DNA of 64,000 bases, taken from positions 60,662,146-60,726,145 of the forward strand of contig NC_052157.1 of assembly GCF_902713615.1 (NCBI RefSeq). The letters are read 5' to 3'. The stretch comes from Scyliorhinus canicula (taxonomy: Eukaryota). Both the position numbers and the translations under genes were made by a program. The notes under the pieces were generated by a model that ran no database searches, was not told the origin of the DNA, and saw only the letters and a list, made by a program, of their open reading frames with translations. Each line of letters opens with the position of its first letter. Position 1 is the first letter of the stretch. This document shows, one piece after another, positions 23,412-35,738 of the stretch.

Positions 23412-24439
23412 CTGAAGAAAACATCATGTATTTAGTATTGTGTGTTAAACAAACTGCAGAAATGTTCAAAGACTCTATCGGACTTTAGGGAAACACATCC
23501 AGGGAGGAATGAGACTCGGTTCAAACTGATCATATCGGATCATGAACAGGGTCAGCAGAGTGGAACGTCCAACAGGATTGCATTCACTGTGAGGGGTAGA
23601 ATGGACGTTTTCCAGAGTTACCCTGAGCAGGATTATTCCCAGCAGCCTACATCTCCCCTGTGGAGAGAATCCACACAGGATTCTGGGCTTACTGGGATAC
23701 ACTTTCAAGGCAAGTGCACTGGGTCTTGTAAAAGCTGCCTGAGAGGTGCTCTGAGCCCCGTCTCCGGCACCCCAACATCTGGAGATAGAAGGAGGATGTT
23801 TCTGGAGAGTGAGTGCAACTTAATAGCACCATTAACTCCTTCCATCACCCAGTTTGACAGCTTTGTCCTTCAGGACTCGGCCAACTCGGTGACTGGTGGT
23901 ATTACCGAGACACCCTTGATAATGGACAGTGAAGTCTCACTCAGTACATTCTGCGTCCATGTTACCCTCAGTGCTTCCTCCAAGTGATGTTCAACATGGA
24001 GGAGAACTGGTTCATCAGCTGAGGGAGGGCAGTAGGTGATAATCAGCAGGGTTCCAGGCCCATGTTTGACCTGAAGCTGTGAGATTTCATGGGGTTAATT
24101 GTGACAATAATAAAGATTATTATTATTATAATAAATTAATGGCACAGGAAATACCCAAGGATGGCGACAGAGGAGTCTGGGATGTAGGATTGATTCTGTG
24201 AGTATGACTATGTCACACAGCTCTCCCAACCTGGACCCCAGTCCCCAGAATGTTAGTGGGGGGACTTTGCAATGTTGACTGGGCTGGGCGTGTCTGTGTT
24301 TCCTCGAGACCTGGGTCACAGCCATTGTTGATTCATTCCTTGTATATTATAAAATGGATTCATTTCGAACTTCCCTCTGACATACCGGGCCACCTCACCC
24401 AGGTTATTGTGGGAGTGGAGTCACATATAGACCAGACTG

Positions 24440-24810
24440 GTAAGGAGGCAGTGGCAAAGTGATATTGTCACTGGACCAGTAATCCAGAGATCCAGAGTAA
24501 TGCTGTGGGGAACTGGTTTCAAATCCCACCACGGCAGATGGGGAAATTTGAATTCAATAAAAAACCTGGAATTAAAAGTCTAATGATGACCATGAAACCA
24601 TTGCCAATTGTCGTAAAAAGCCATCTGGTTCACCAATGTCCTTGAGGGAAGGAAATCGGTCATCCGAACCTGGTCTGACCTACATGTAACTCCAGGCCAA
24701 CAGCAATGTGGTTGACTCTTAAATACACTCAGGGATGGGCAATAAATACTGGTCCAGCCAGCGATGCCCACATCCCATGAACGAACAAAATAAAAAGACA
24801 GCAGGGGCAT
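24440..24810 (+). mobile_element. tRNA-headed SINE, DeuSINE/SacSINE1-like
   Basis: GTTTCAAATCCC B-box-like motif; central GGAAGGAAAT...TACATGTAACTCCAG; family assigned from recall. Confidence 0.5.
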
Positions 24811-25014
24811 CACGATGGCTCAGTGGTTAGCACTGCTACTTCACAGCGCCAGGGATCCGGGTTCAATTCTCGCCTTGTCTGTGTGGAACAAAAAACAAAG
24901 AAAAGTACAGCGTAGGAACAGCCCTTCGGCCCTCTAATCCTGCGCCGACCATGCTGCCTGTCTAACCTGAAACCTTCTACACTTCTGGGTTTCATATCCC
25001 TTCATATCCCTCTA

Positions 25015-27109
25015 CAGTAGTCCCCCGTTATACCGCGCTCCGCAATACCACGGTTCGCGATATGCGGCGGGGGGGGCTTATGGACCCCAACTTACTTGAC
25101 TCATTTTAAACTCTTTTTGAAACAGCACCTTTTTTACCCGCGATGATTAGAACGATTAGCCGCGATGAGTAGCCGCGACCGATTAGCCCGATTACCCAGC
25201 CATAAAAGGGATACCTTTTCCAGTGCAGGTATCTTCGAGTTCAGTTACTGTCGTTCAAAATGTTTAAGCGCAAGTCTTACACAGTAAAGCAAAAGATACA
25301 TTCGATAGACCGGCTTCGAAACGGCGAAACAAAGGCAAAATTATCCAGAGAGACTGGTGTACCAGAGTCAACCCTCCGTGGGTGGGTGAAAGATGAGCCC
25401 AATTTAAGAACATATGTTGGGACAGTTTCTCAGAGTGAAGGGCTTACCAGGAAAAAGGCAAGGAACGCTAGTGACATTAACTTGGAGAACGCTGTGTTCA
25501 CCTGGTTTGTCCAGGAACAGTCTGGTGGCACCCCCCTATCTGGACCTATCATCAGGACACAGGCTGAGAAGTTCCATCACCAGCTCCACCCAGAGGACAG
25601 CAATTTCGTAGCCAGCAAGGGTTGGCTCCATCGGTTCCAGAAAAGACATGGGATAGGTGCAGTTACCATCAGTGGTGAACAGAGATCCGCCGACTCAGGA
25701 GCAGCAGCAGCCTTTCCCGACATCCTCAAGAACTACATGGTGCAAGAGGAGCTGACCCCAGAGCAACTCTACAATGCAGATGAGTCAGGGCTCTACTGGA
25801 AGATGCTGCCTGACAAGACCCTAGCTGTCAAGGATGATGCCCACAAGACTCTGGGGTACAAGCAAGCCAAGAACAGGCTCACCATCCTGTTTGCCAGCAA
25901 TGCCACGGGAACACACACGCTGAAGCCATTGATTGTGGGCAAATTAAAGTCTCCTAGATGCTTTCACCACATCAACATGGAGAACCTACCCATTACCTAC
26001 CGGAACTCTGGCAAAGCCTGGATGACAGCTTCCTTATTTGAGGAGTGGTTCTTCAAGGTCTTCGTACCCAGTGTCAGGGACCACCTTAGTGCCCGCAACT
26101 TACCGCAGAAGGCCACACTCCTACTGGACAACTGCTCAGCCCACCCTCAGGGAGATGTTCTCAAGACCAGGGATGGGCAGATCCAAGTGCTCTATTTCCC
26201 AAAGAACACCACCAGCAAGATCCAGCCATGTAATGCTGGCATCATTCAGACCTTCAAGTCTGTGTACAAAAAGGAACTGATCCTGGAAATTATAGACTCT
26301 CCTCTCACTGTCCCAGATTACCTGAAAGCCATTACCATCAAGGATGCCTGTTATCTGGCAGGGAAGGCCTGGGGAGCTGTGACGGAGAAGACCATCGCCA
26401 ACTTCTGGAACAAGGCCCTAGTAGCAGCACTCCCACGACCCCAGCATTACCCGGATGAAGAGGACTTTGTAGGCTTTACTGAAGCAGAGACCAGGGCAGC
26501 TGAGGAGAGGCTAGAGGACCACCTGGATGAGAACCTAACACTCCAGGATTGGGTGAACAGGTGGTCAGCAGCAGAGGACGACATGGCGCCCGCAGAAACA
26601 TTCACAGAGGAGGAGATCATTGACCAGGTCACCCAAGAGGAGGCAGAAGAAGAAGAAGAACTCCAGCCCACAGTGGCAAAGAGCCACTCGGATGCCATCA
26701 CGCACCTGAAGTGGCTCATAGCATACACAGAGCAACAGGACTTCGACCCCATATACATCCTACACCTGAAGAACCTCCAGAGGCAAGCACAAGTCAAGAT
26801 GAGGAAGGGGATGTGCCAGAAGAAACTCACAGACTTTTTTAAATGATTTTTAAAAATATGCTTGTAAGTACAATTTTAAGTATATTATTGTATGTATATA
26901 TTGTATATATTTTAATAAATTTAAGACTTGAACGAACTTTGATGTTTTTTATTTAAAACGCCCTTCCATTCAGCAATGTTCAGCACAGTCAGCGATGTTT
27001 CCTCTCGTTCATTCATTTGGATATCCGCCATTTTGGATATCCGCGGCTCGGATACAACGCGGGTGGCTGTCTTGGACCAGAACACCCGCGGTATAACGGG
27101 GGACTACTG
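25015..27109 (+). mobile_element. Full-length pogo/Tigger DNA transposon (2095 bp) inserted in a CR1 3' end
   Basis: Perfect 23-bp TIR CAGTAGTCCCCCGTTATACCGCG; TA TSD on both sides; one uninterrupted ORF. Confidence 0.97.
25260..26846 (+). CDS. Tigger/Jerky-type transposase, 528 aa (two HTH domains and DDE_1)
   Basis: ASKGWLHRFQKRHG; YNADESGL; LLLDNCSAH; IQPCNAGII (third Asp is Asn). Confidence 0.95.
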   Translation: MFKRKSYTVKQKIHSIDRLRNGETKAKLSRETGVPESTLRGWVKDEPNLRTYVGTVSQSEGLTRKKARNASDINLENAVFTWFVQEQSGGTPLSGPIIRTQAEKFHHQLHPEDSNFVASKGWLHRFQKRHGIGAVTISGEQRSADSGAAAAFPDILKNYMVQEELTPEQLYNADESGLYWKMLPDKTLAVKDDAHKTLGYKQAKNRLTILFASNATGTHTLKPLIVGKLKSPRCFHHINMENLPITYRNSGKAWMTASLFEEWFFKVFVPSVRDHLSARNLPQKATLLLDNCSAHPQGDVLKTRDGQIQVLYFPKNTTSKIQPCNAGIIQTFKSVYKKELILEIIDSPLTVPDYLKAITIKDACYLAGKAWGAVTEKTIANFWNKALVAALPRPQHYPDEEDFVGFTEAETRAAEERLEDHLDENLTLQDWVNRWSAAEDDMAPAETFTEEEIIDQVTQEEAEEEEELQPTVAKSHSDAITHLKWLIAYTEQQDFDPIYILHLKNLQRQAQVKMRKGMCQKKLTDFFK

Positions 27110-27849
27110 TATTCCTATATTTGTCAAGGCACCCCTTAAACATCACTATCGTACCTGTTTCCACCACCTCCTCCAGCAGCGAGTTCGAGGCACCTATACC
27201 CTCTGCAAAAAAACTTGCTACGCATATCTCCTCTAAAAAAAATTCCTTCGCACATCTCTTCTCAACCTATGTCCCTTAGTAATTGATTCTTCCACCCTGG
27301 TAAAAAGCTTCTGATTATCAACTTTGTCCATGCCTTTCATAATTTTTAGACTTTTATCAGGTCGCCCCTTCACCTCCGTCATTCCAGTGAGACCACACCG
27401 AGTTTATCCAACCTCTCCTTATAGCTAATGCCCTTCATACCAGGCAATATCCTGGTAAACATGGAGTTTGCATCTTCTTCCCGTGTCTCCGTGGGCTTCC
27501 TCTGAGTACTCCGGGTTCCTCCCGCAGTCCAAAGATATGAAGGTTAGGTGGATTGGCCAATCTTTTGAGGTCAACCGAATATAACAATGGAAACAAACTT
27601 GTGGATAAAGCAAAAAAGGGCCACTCCTGATAGGAGCACTGCCCGGATGTAACAAAGATCAACAGAAACATAAAAACATTAAATAAGAGTACAATTAAAG
27701 GAGTCAATAAAGCATCCCGAACCCTGCGACGCCCACTGGGCACAGAATGCCTCAATGGTGCTTGTGGACACTAGGTGTATTGGCCATGCTAAATTGCCCC
27801 TTGGTGTCCAAAGATGTGCAGATTAGAAACATAAATATTCATTGACTTC

Positions 27850-30800
27850 CGATGGAGGCCATGGTGTGAGTGGTCGCACAATTGATAGCTCCCGCTCGTG
27901 GCAGTTTTTTCAGGCCCTTTCCCCAGTTAACGGTGGATGTGGAGGGAATAAGGTGCAGGAGTGCTGGTAGAAGAGAGTGGCCCATTGGTTCATGGAGCTG
28001 AGGACCGGAAGCAGTCGCAAAAGAGGGGAACAGACTGCAAAAATTGGTGCAGTGTCTGCGACGCATGTGGAGATGGCGGTAAGGCAGGGAGTGGCCCTGC
28101 CGGCTCAGTGGCCAACAGAGCAGCTGGTGAGCTTCCTGATCGGGAAATTCACGCAGCAACGTGAAAAAGCAAAGGAGAATCTGGAGGACGTGGCCAGGGC
28201 AGTGGACTCGATTAAGGCCGTGATCGACCGCGTGGAGACAAGGTTGGAGGCCCAGGGTCAGGTGATCCAGAAAGTGGAGGAAGCGGTGGGGGAGCATGAG
28301 GAGCAGCTCGCCTCGATGGCAGAGATGGGGCTGGGGATCAGCAAAGACGGCTGCAGGAGAAAGTCGAGGGCCTGGAGAACCGGTCATGAGGGCAGAAGTC
28401 GTGGGCCTGTTGGAGGGAGGTGAGGGGGCAGAGCCGATACATATGTGGGGAGGATGCTGGAGAAGCTGTTGGGTGAGGGAGCATTTGCACGACCTCTGGA
28501 AGTGGATCGTGCGCATAGGTCGCTAATGAGGAAGGCCCAGGTGAACGAGCCTCCGAGGGTGATGGTGGTGCGATTGCACCGATTCCTGGACAAGAATCGG
28601 ATCTTGAGATGGACCAGGCAGACGAGGCATTGCATCTGGGAGGGCAGTGAAATCCACGTGTACCAGGACCTGGGTGCAGAGCTGGCCAGGAGGAGAGTGA
28701 GCTTTAATAAGGCCATGGCAGCCTCTTCAAGAAGTGGGTGAAGTTCGGGATGCTGTACCCGGCATGCTTGTGGGTGACCTATGGAGGCGGGAATTATACT
28801 TTGGGAATTCGGAGGGGGTGATGGAATTTACCTGAGACAATGGACTGGTAGGAAAAGGAGGACATTGAACTTTGGTGGAGATGCTTTTGCTCTGTGTTTA
28901 CAACGTGTTTGGCGCCATTATTTTGCTTCAGGTTTGTTTCTGTTCTTTTTTGGAAGATGGGCGGGGGGTTGTTCTCCTCGATTGAGCTTCGGGTGGGGAT
29001 GTTTTTGTTCGCACTAGCAGGCTGATTGGACGGTGGGGGGGGGGGGAAATCAGTGGGAGGTGGGATTCTAGGCGCTATGGGCGGGCTGCCAGGCTAGTTC
29101 ACGGAAGCGCAGTGGGGGGTGAGCGGGAGGTTAGCGCGGGGTGGGGAGGTTGTTGTTTTGGAGACTTGATGGCTGTGGGGGGGAAAGAGGAGGGGACATA
29201 CTGCTGACAGGGGAGGGGCTTCTAAAAGGTAACAGGAGGAGGATCGATGACGGTGGAATTTTACAAGATGTTCTCAGGGGTGTTGTGACCGCTGCTGATG
29301 AGGAGTGTTAACGAGGCAAGGGAGCTGGGAGTGCTCCCCCCCCCCCCCGACCTTGTTACAGGCTTCAATCTCCCTCATTTTAACGCGGGATAAAGACCCG
29401 GAACAATGTGGGTCACATAGGCTGCTCTCCCTGCTAAATGTAGATGCCAAAATATTTGCTAAGATCTTGGCTTCGAGAATAGAAAATTGTGTGCCAGGGG
29501 AGATAGGGAAGGACCAGATGGGTTACTTGAAGGGGAAGCATCTGGCGGCCAACATCAGGAGATTACTCAACGTGATCATGATGCCTGCAGGGGTGGGAGG
29601 TGGAGGTGGTGATCGCCATGGATGCAGAGAACGCCTTTGATCGAGTGGAGTGGGAATATCTGTGGGAGGTCTTGGGACGGTTTGGGTTTGGGCAGGGATT
29701 TGTGGACTGGGTCCAGTATATCAGGCACCGGTGGCATGTGTGCAGACGCACCGGGTGAGTTCAGACTGTTTTAGGCTGCACCGGGAGACGAGGCAGGGGT
29801 GCCCACTTTCTCCACTGCTGTTTTCCCTGGCTGTGGACCCATTGGCAGTGGCACTGATAGCATCGGAGGCCTGGCAGGGGATATTGCGGGATGGGTGGGT
29901 GGAGGGCTGGGGGTCTCGCTATATGCAGATGATTTACTGCTATATATTTCAGACTCGCTGGTGGGATTGAGGGGATAATGGGGATATTAGGGGAATTTGG
30001 TCGGTTTTCGGCGTATAAATTGAATATGGGTAAGAGTGAGGTCTTTGCGTTCGGGCGAGGGACAGAAGAGATTGGGAGAGATGCCGGTCAAGGTGGTAGG
30101 AGGAGCTTTCGGTATTTGGGTATCCAGGTGGCACGGGAGTGGGAACTGCTGCACCAGCTGAATCTGGGTCGGTTGGTCGAACAGATCAGGGGGGACTTTC
30201 GGTGGTGGGATGCGCTCCTGCTGTCATTGGCGGGGCGGGTGCAGACAGTGAAGATGACAGTCCTCCCGAGATTCCTGTTTTCTTTGAGAGCCTTCCAATT
30301 TTTATCCCCAAGGCGTTCTTCAAAAAAGTAAATGCGGTCATCTCGGGATTTGTGTGGGCAGGTAAAACCCCGCGGGTGAAGAAGGTGCTGCTGGAGCAGG
30401 GGCATGGGGTGGGAGGGCAGGCCCTTCCGAATTTTAGAAATTATTATTGGGCGGCGAATATTGGGATGGTCAGGAAGTGGGTAGTGGGGGAGGGGTCAGT
30501 TTGGGAGTGGGTGTAGGCAGCTTCATGTAAAGACACGAGTTTGGGGGCACTGTTAATGGCACCTCTGCCGTTCTTGCCGGCCCGGTAGTCCAGAAGCCCA
30601 GTAAAAGTGGCAGCCCTGGGGCAGCACGGTGGCTAGCATTGCTACCTCATGTCGCCAAGGTCCCAGGTTCGATTCTGGCTCTGTGTCACTGTCCGTGTGG
30701 AGTTTGCACATTCTCCCCGTGTCTGCGTGGGTTTCGCCACCACAACCCAAAGATGTGCAGAGTGGGTGGATTGACCACACTAAACTGCCCCTTAATTGGA

Positions 30801-31961
30801 AAAATGAATTGGGTACTCCAAATTTATAAAAACAGAAAAAAAAAGTGGCATCCCTGAGGGTGTGGGGACAGTGGCGGCAATACATGGGGCTGGAGGGGGC
30901 ATTGGTGTGGGCACCGATATGTGGTAACCATCGGTTCGCTCCGGGGGGGCTGGATGGGGGGCTCCCGAGGTGGCAGTGGGCGGAAATCAAGAGATTTTTA
31001 TTGATGAGAGCTTCCCGAGCTTGGAGGACCTGGAAGAGGAGTTTGAGTTAGAGGTGGTAATGGGTTCCGGTATCTGCAAGTGAGGGACTTTGTTCGGAGA
31101 CAGGATTCGACCTTCTCGGACCTGCCACCCCAGGGGCTACAGGATAAGGTGGCGTCGAGAGTAGGAGTAGGGGAGGGGAAGGTTTCAGAGATATACAAAA
31201 AACTGATGGAGTGGGTGGGAGCCACGATAGGGGAGGTGAAGAGAAAGGGGGAAGAAGAACTGGATGGAGAGTTGGAGGCCGGATTATGGGAGGAGGTCCT
31301 GAGGCAAATCAATGCATCCTCATCGTGCCCCAGGCTCAGCCTGATACAATTTAAGGTGGTCCACAGGGTGCACATGACTGTGGCCCAGATGAACAGTTCT
31401 TTGAGGGGGCGGAGGAGAGGTGTGGGCGCTGTGCGGGAGGACCTGCGAACCATGTCCATATATTTTGGGCATGTCCGAGGCTGAGGAGTATCTGGCAAGG
31501 GTTTGCTGACGTCATGTCCGAAGTTTTAATGGTGAAGGTGGTGCTGAGTCCAGCGGTGGCGATCTGTGGCGTGTCGGAAGATCCGGGAGCCCAGGGCTGA
31601 GAGAGGCCGATGTTTTGGCCTTTGCCACCTTGGTCGCCAGGAGACGGATCCTACTAGGATGGAGAGACTCAGAGCCCCCAAAGTCAGGGGTATGTTTTAG
31701 CGACAAGGCGGGGTTTCTCAGAGTCGAGAAAATCAAGTTCGCCTTGAGGGGTTCGCTTCAGGGGTTTGCCCGGAGGTTTCAGCCGTTCAGCAACTTCTTT
31801 GAGAAAAACAAAAATTAAGCTGAGGAAGGAGGTCCTGTTTGTGTAAGCCATGTTGGTTGGGGTTTGTTATTGGATGGGTGTGTTGTTTATCTTCTTTTGT
31901 CCCTGTTGATACCTGATGGTTAAAATTATAAATGCCTCAATAAAATATTTTCCCAAAAAAA
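27850..31961 (+). mobile_element. L1-clade LINE, internally deleted (ORF1, RT, Cys-rich end; endonuclease missing)
   Basis: ORF1 LEVDRAHR and YQDLGAELARRR; RT SLLNVDAK and RQGCPLSPLLF; AATAAAA plus A tail at about 31940-31961. Confidence 0.88.
30617..30843 (+). mobile_element. tRNA-derived SINE within the L1
   Basis: GGGGCAGCACGGTGG head, B-box, A tail. Confidence 0.85.
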
Positions 31962-32487
31962 AGATAGATATTAGATGCAGGAGTAGGCCATTCGGCCCTT
32001 TGAACCTGCATCACCATTCAATATGATAACAGCTGAACATGCAAATTCAGTACACCACTCCCGCTTTCTCTCCATACCCCTTGATCCCTTTAGTGGCAAA
32101 GGCCACGTCCAGCTCTCTCTTGAGTATGTCCAACGAACTGGCCCGATAGGTGGGGTTATGGGCTTGGGTGGGGGTGTGGGCCTCGGTAAGAAGCTCTTTC
32201 AGAGGGTCGGTGCAGATTTGACGGGCTGATGGCCTTCTTCTGTACTGTAGGAATTCTATCGCTCCATTGATTAAAGGGACATTAGTAAACCAGTTGGATG
32301 GGGTTTTACAACAATCCAACAGCTCCATGGTCACTTTTATTGGGACCAATTTTATATTTCCAGATTCTCATTCTCTGGATTATTAGTTCAGGTCTCTGGA
32401 TTACTCATCTAGTAACATAATCACTGCACTATTGAACCACGGAAATCAGAGATTAAAAATAGAATCCCTGAAACAGAAACCTCTCAC

Positions 32488-32832
32488 CTGTCACAGAGAG
32501 GTGGACCTCATTAGATTTCAACAAATAATGGACCTCCTCTTTCTTCTTGTAAATCTGACACTCATATTTGTTCTGGTCTGACTTTCTGAGGTCAGAGATG
32601 AGAACTGACCAGTTTCCTTGTTCCAGTTGATCTTTGAACAGGGTTGTTCTGTTTCTGAAACGTGCGTCTTGTTCTGTCAAATCATCGTTTCCATCGACAA
32701 ACTTGTGTAAAATTTCAAAAAGCGATATTCCCCAAATCACATGTAAATCGGAGACTGGGACATTCCCTTTGTAGGTACAGGGCAGCACAACCTGCTCCCC
32801 AAGGTACCCAGAAACTGGGACAGGTGAGTCAC
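32488..32832 (-). CDS. IgV-domain exon, B7/butyrophilin (CD276/VTCN1)-like
   Basis: CTTTTCCAG|GTGAC...ACAG|GTGAGA; 345 nt, phase 1-1, no stops; VVLPC, VIW, LFKDQLEQGNWSVLISDLRKSDQNKYEC. Confidence 0.93.
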
Positions 32833-33695
32833 CTGGAAAAGATTGAAAAGATTTATCCACAGATATAACCTCCCTGCTTGTACATTAAATCCCAAGCTTC
32901 ACATGGTTACACTGGGATGCTGGACTTACAAGAAGCACTGATGAGGAACTCACTGTTTTTATTTCTGTGGGAAGTTTAAAGCTCCAGCATTAACGGCCTT
33001 CAATTAAAACCAGCTTGTGCTGGATATTTGTAAGCACAGAGCAGCTGGACAGCACTTTGCATCACATTTTCCATGCTGGGAGAACACATCAGGATATTGT
33101 TCACCTCCCCTTGGGAGAGAGATCACAGACTGGGGGGTGGGGGGATGCACAATGTGAGGTGGAGCTCAGGAGCAGAAATCTGACCCTGAAGTGTAAAGAT
33201 AGGAACAGGTGCGGAGGGGGTACCCGAGGACAAGAAAGGGTTTTGGACACGTGGGGGACCAGACTAGTTCACTGTGTAGCACGTGTGGCTGCACCTGATG
33301 GTCAAAATGTTAACTGTTTCTCTCTCCACAGATGCTGCCAGCCCTGCAGAGCACTTTCTGTTTTTATATATTCGGTTTGATCCAAGGACTGTTCAAGACT
33401 CATGATCCCAGAGTTCAGGACCCCATCCCAGTCCTTCTGGAGCCCAGTCACCTATCCCAATGTCACCGAGTGTTACTCAGTATTCAGATCCCACTGTTCA
33501 CATCTCAGGGGTTAATGTGAAGCTATTAACTGACTTCTTTTCAGCTCTCATTATCATTCTGCGTGATGTGAACCTTCCTATGTCCACTCCCTCAATGGCT
33601 CCAGTTGCAGTACACACAGCACCTTAAAGCAAGATGAATTCCTGATCCCCCCACCCTTTGATCACTGCTGAAATGTTCCAGCAGTCACAACTTAC

Positions 33696-33753
33696 CTGAA
33701 ACAGCATCAACAACATTCAGCAGCAGCAGGAGTAGTTTGTGTAAATTGTGGCC
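33696..33753 (-). CDS. Signal-peptide exon (GHNLHKLLLLLLNVVDAVS-G)
   Basis: TTTTCTTGTTGCAG acceptor, GTAAGT donor; ends in phase 1 matching the IgV exon; Leu-rich core. Confidence 0.8.
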
Positions 33754-34222
33754 CTGCAACAAGAAAACACAGTTACCCCCTTGACAACAAAGTCACTTCC
33801 TGATCAGGTTCAGTTTGCTCCCAACAACTGGGCGTTTATTTTGGATTTGCATAAGTTTCTCCCCCTCGGTTGTATGATTTCTATTTATAAAGGACAGGTT
33901 GGGTGAACCAGGATCACAAACCCCAGAGATGGAAGAAACTCTGTCCCGGATCTCAGAGGGGGCCAGAGAATCTGGTGGTGAAGATGAAGGAAAGTTTCTC
34001 CCAGACCCCCCTCCCCGGGTGTGAGACACTGACAGTACCTGCAGCTGCTTCCCATCCATTCGCTCCACACACAGATCAGCACCCAGACCCTCACTGAGAG
34101 GGGGAGACCCGCTGCTCAGCCTGAGCCCAGAAACCCCAAACTCAACAAATCCTCTCCCCACCCCAGAAACATTAGAAGCGCCGGAGAATGGCCCTGCGAG
34201 ACACGAAAACACTCAGTGTTAC

Positions 34223-34236
34223 CTTTCATTTCGCAT
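34223..34236 (-). CDS. Candidate initiator exon end (ATG CGA AAT GAA AG|gtaaca)
   Basis: ATG plus donor upstream of the leader exon, but one nucleotide out of frame with it. Confidence 0.4.
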
Positions 34237-34513
34237 GGGGGGGGGGGGGGGTGAGGATCAATCATCATTACCGGTCACTCCTCCTTCTCCCTCCGGGTGT
34301 GAGATGAGCAGAATCCTTCAAAAAGCCAGTTTGATTCCTGTTTCACTGAAATCCCTTACCCGGCTTTTCCTGACAGAGGCGGGATCATTATTTATCACCC
34401 CGCCCCCCCCCCCGACTCACTCTGACAATGGGACAGTCCGAGCTCATCCCCCACTCGCACGTGACGCACGGAACCAGACACATGACATCCTGCAAGTCAG
34501 GAAAGAACCTGAC

Positions 34514-35737
34514 TTTCTGTATTAAAGGGGTTCAGACAGATAAACCCAGAGTCAGGTTCCTGTATTAAAGGGGTTCAGTCAGATAAACCCAGAGTCTGGT
34601 TCCTGTATTAAAGGGGTTCAGATAAACCCCAGAGTCTGGTTCCTGTATTAAAGGGGTTCAGACAGATACACCCAGAGTCTGGTTCCTGTATTAAAGGGGT
34701 TCAGATAAACCCCAGAGTCTGGTTCCTGTATTAAAGGGGTTCAGACAGATAAACCCAGAGTCTGGTTCCTGGATTAAAGGGGTTCAGACAGATAAACCCA
34801 GAGTCTGGTTCCTGGATTAAAGGGGTTCAGACAGATAAACCCAGAGTCTGGTTCCTGGATTAAAGGGGTTCAGACAGATAAACCCAGAGTCTGGTTCCTG
34901 TATTAAAGGGGTTCAGACAGATAAACCCAGAGTCTGGTTCCTGTATTAAAGGGGTTCAGACAGATAAACCCAGAGTCTGGTTCCTGTATTAAAGGGGTTC
35001 AGACAGATAACCCCAGAGTCTGGTTCCTGTATTAAAGGGGTTCAGACAGATAAACCCAGAGTCTGGTTCCTGTATTAAAGGGGTTCAGACAGATAATCCC
35101 AGAGTCTGGTTCCTGTATAACAGGGGTTCAGACAGATAAACCCAGAGTCTGGTTCCTGTATTAAAGGGGTTCAGACAGATACATCCAGAGTCTGGTTCCT
35201 GTATTAAAGTGGTTCAGACGGATAAACCCAGTGTCTGGTTCCTGTATTAATAGGTTTCAGACAGATAAACCCAGAGTCTGGTTCCTGTATTAAAGGGGCT
35301 CAGACAGATAAACCCAGAGTCTGGTTCCTGTATTAAAGGGGTTCAGTCAGATAAACCCAGAGTCTGGTTCCTGTATTAAAGTGGTTCAGATAAACCCAGA
35401 GTCTGGTTCCTGTATTAAAGGGGCTCAGACAGATAAACCCAGAGTCTGGTTCCTGTATTAAAGTGGTTCAGATAAATCCAGAGTCTGGTTCCTGTATTAA
35501 AGTGGTTCAGACGGATAAACCCAGTGTCTGGTTCCTGTATTAATAGGTTTCAGACAGATAAACCCAGAGTCTGGTTCCTGTATTGAAGGGAGTCAGACAG
35601 ATAAACCCAGAGTCTGGTTCCTGTATTAAAGGGGTTCAGACAGATAAACCCAGTGTCTGGTTCCTGTATTAAAGTGGTTCAGACGGATAAACCCAGTGTC
35701 TGGTTCCTGTATTAATAGGTTTCAGACAGATAAACCC
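34514..35737. repeat. 43-bp minisatellite (some 39-bp units), about 29 copies
   Basis: Unit TTCCTGTATTAAAGGGGTTCAGACAGATAAACCCAGAGTCTGG; copy number estimated from span. Confidence 0.97.
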
Positions 35738-35738
35738 A

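Larger units (their letters stand above)
20889..23790. repeat. Tandem duplication of about 1 kb carrying a stalk exon (copy 1 interrupted by an LTR)
   Basis: Homology starts at 20889 and 22834 (offset 1945 = 987 + 958-bp LTR insertion). Confidence 0.92.

Noticed and set aside
34514-35737. CRISPR-like array
   Set aside because: Units are contiguous with no unique spacers, and the context is eukaryotic; it is a minisatellite.
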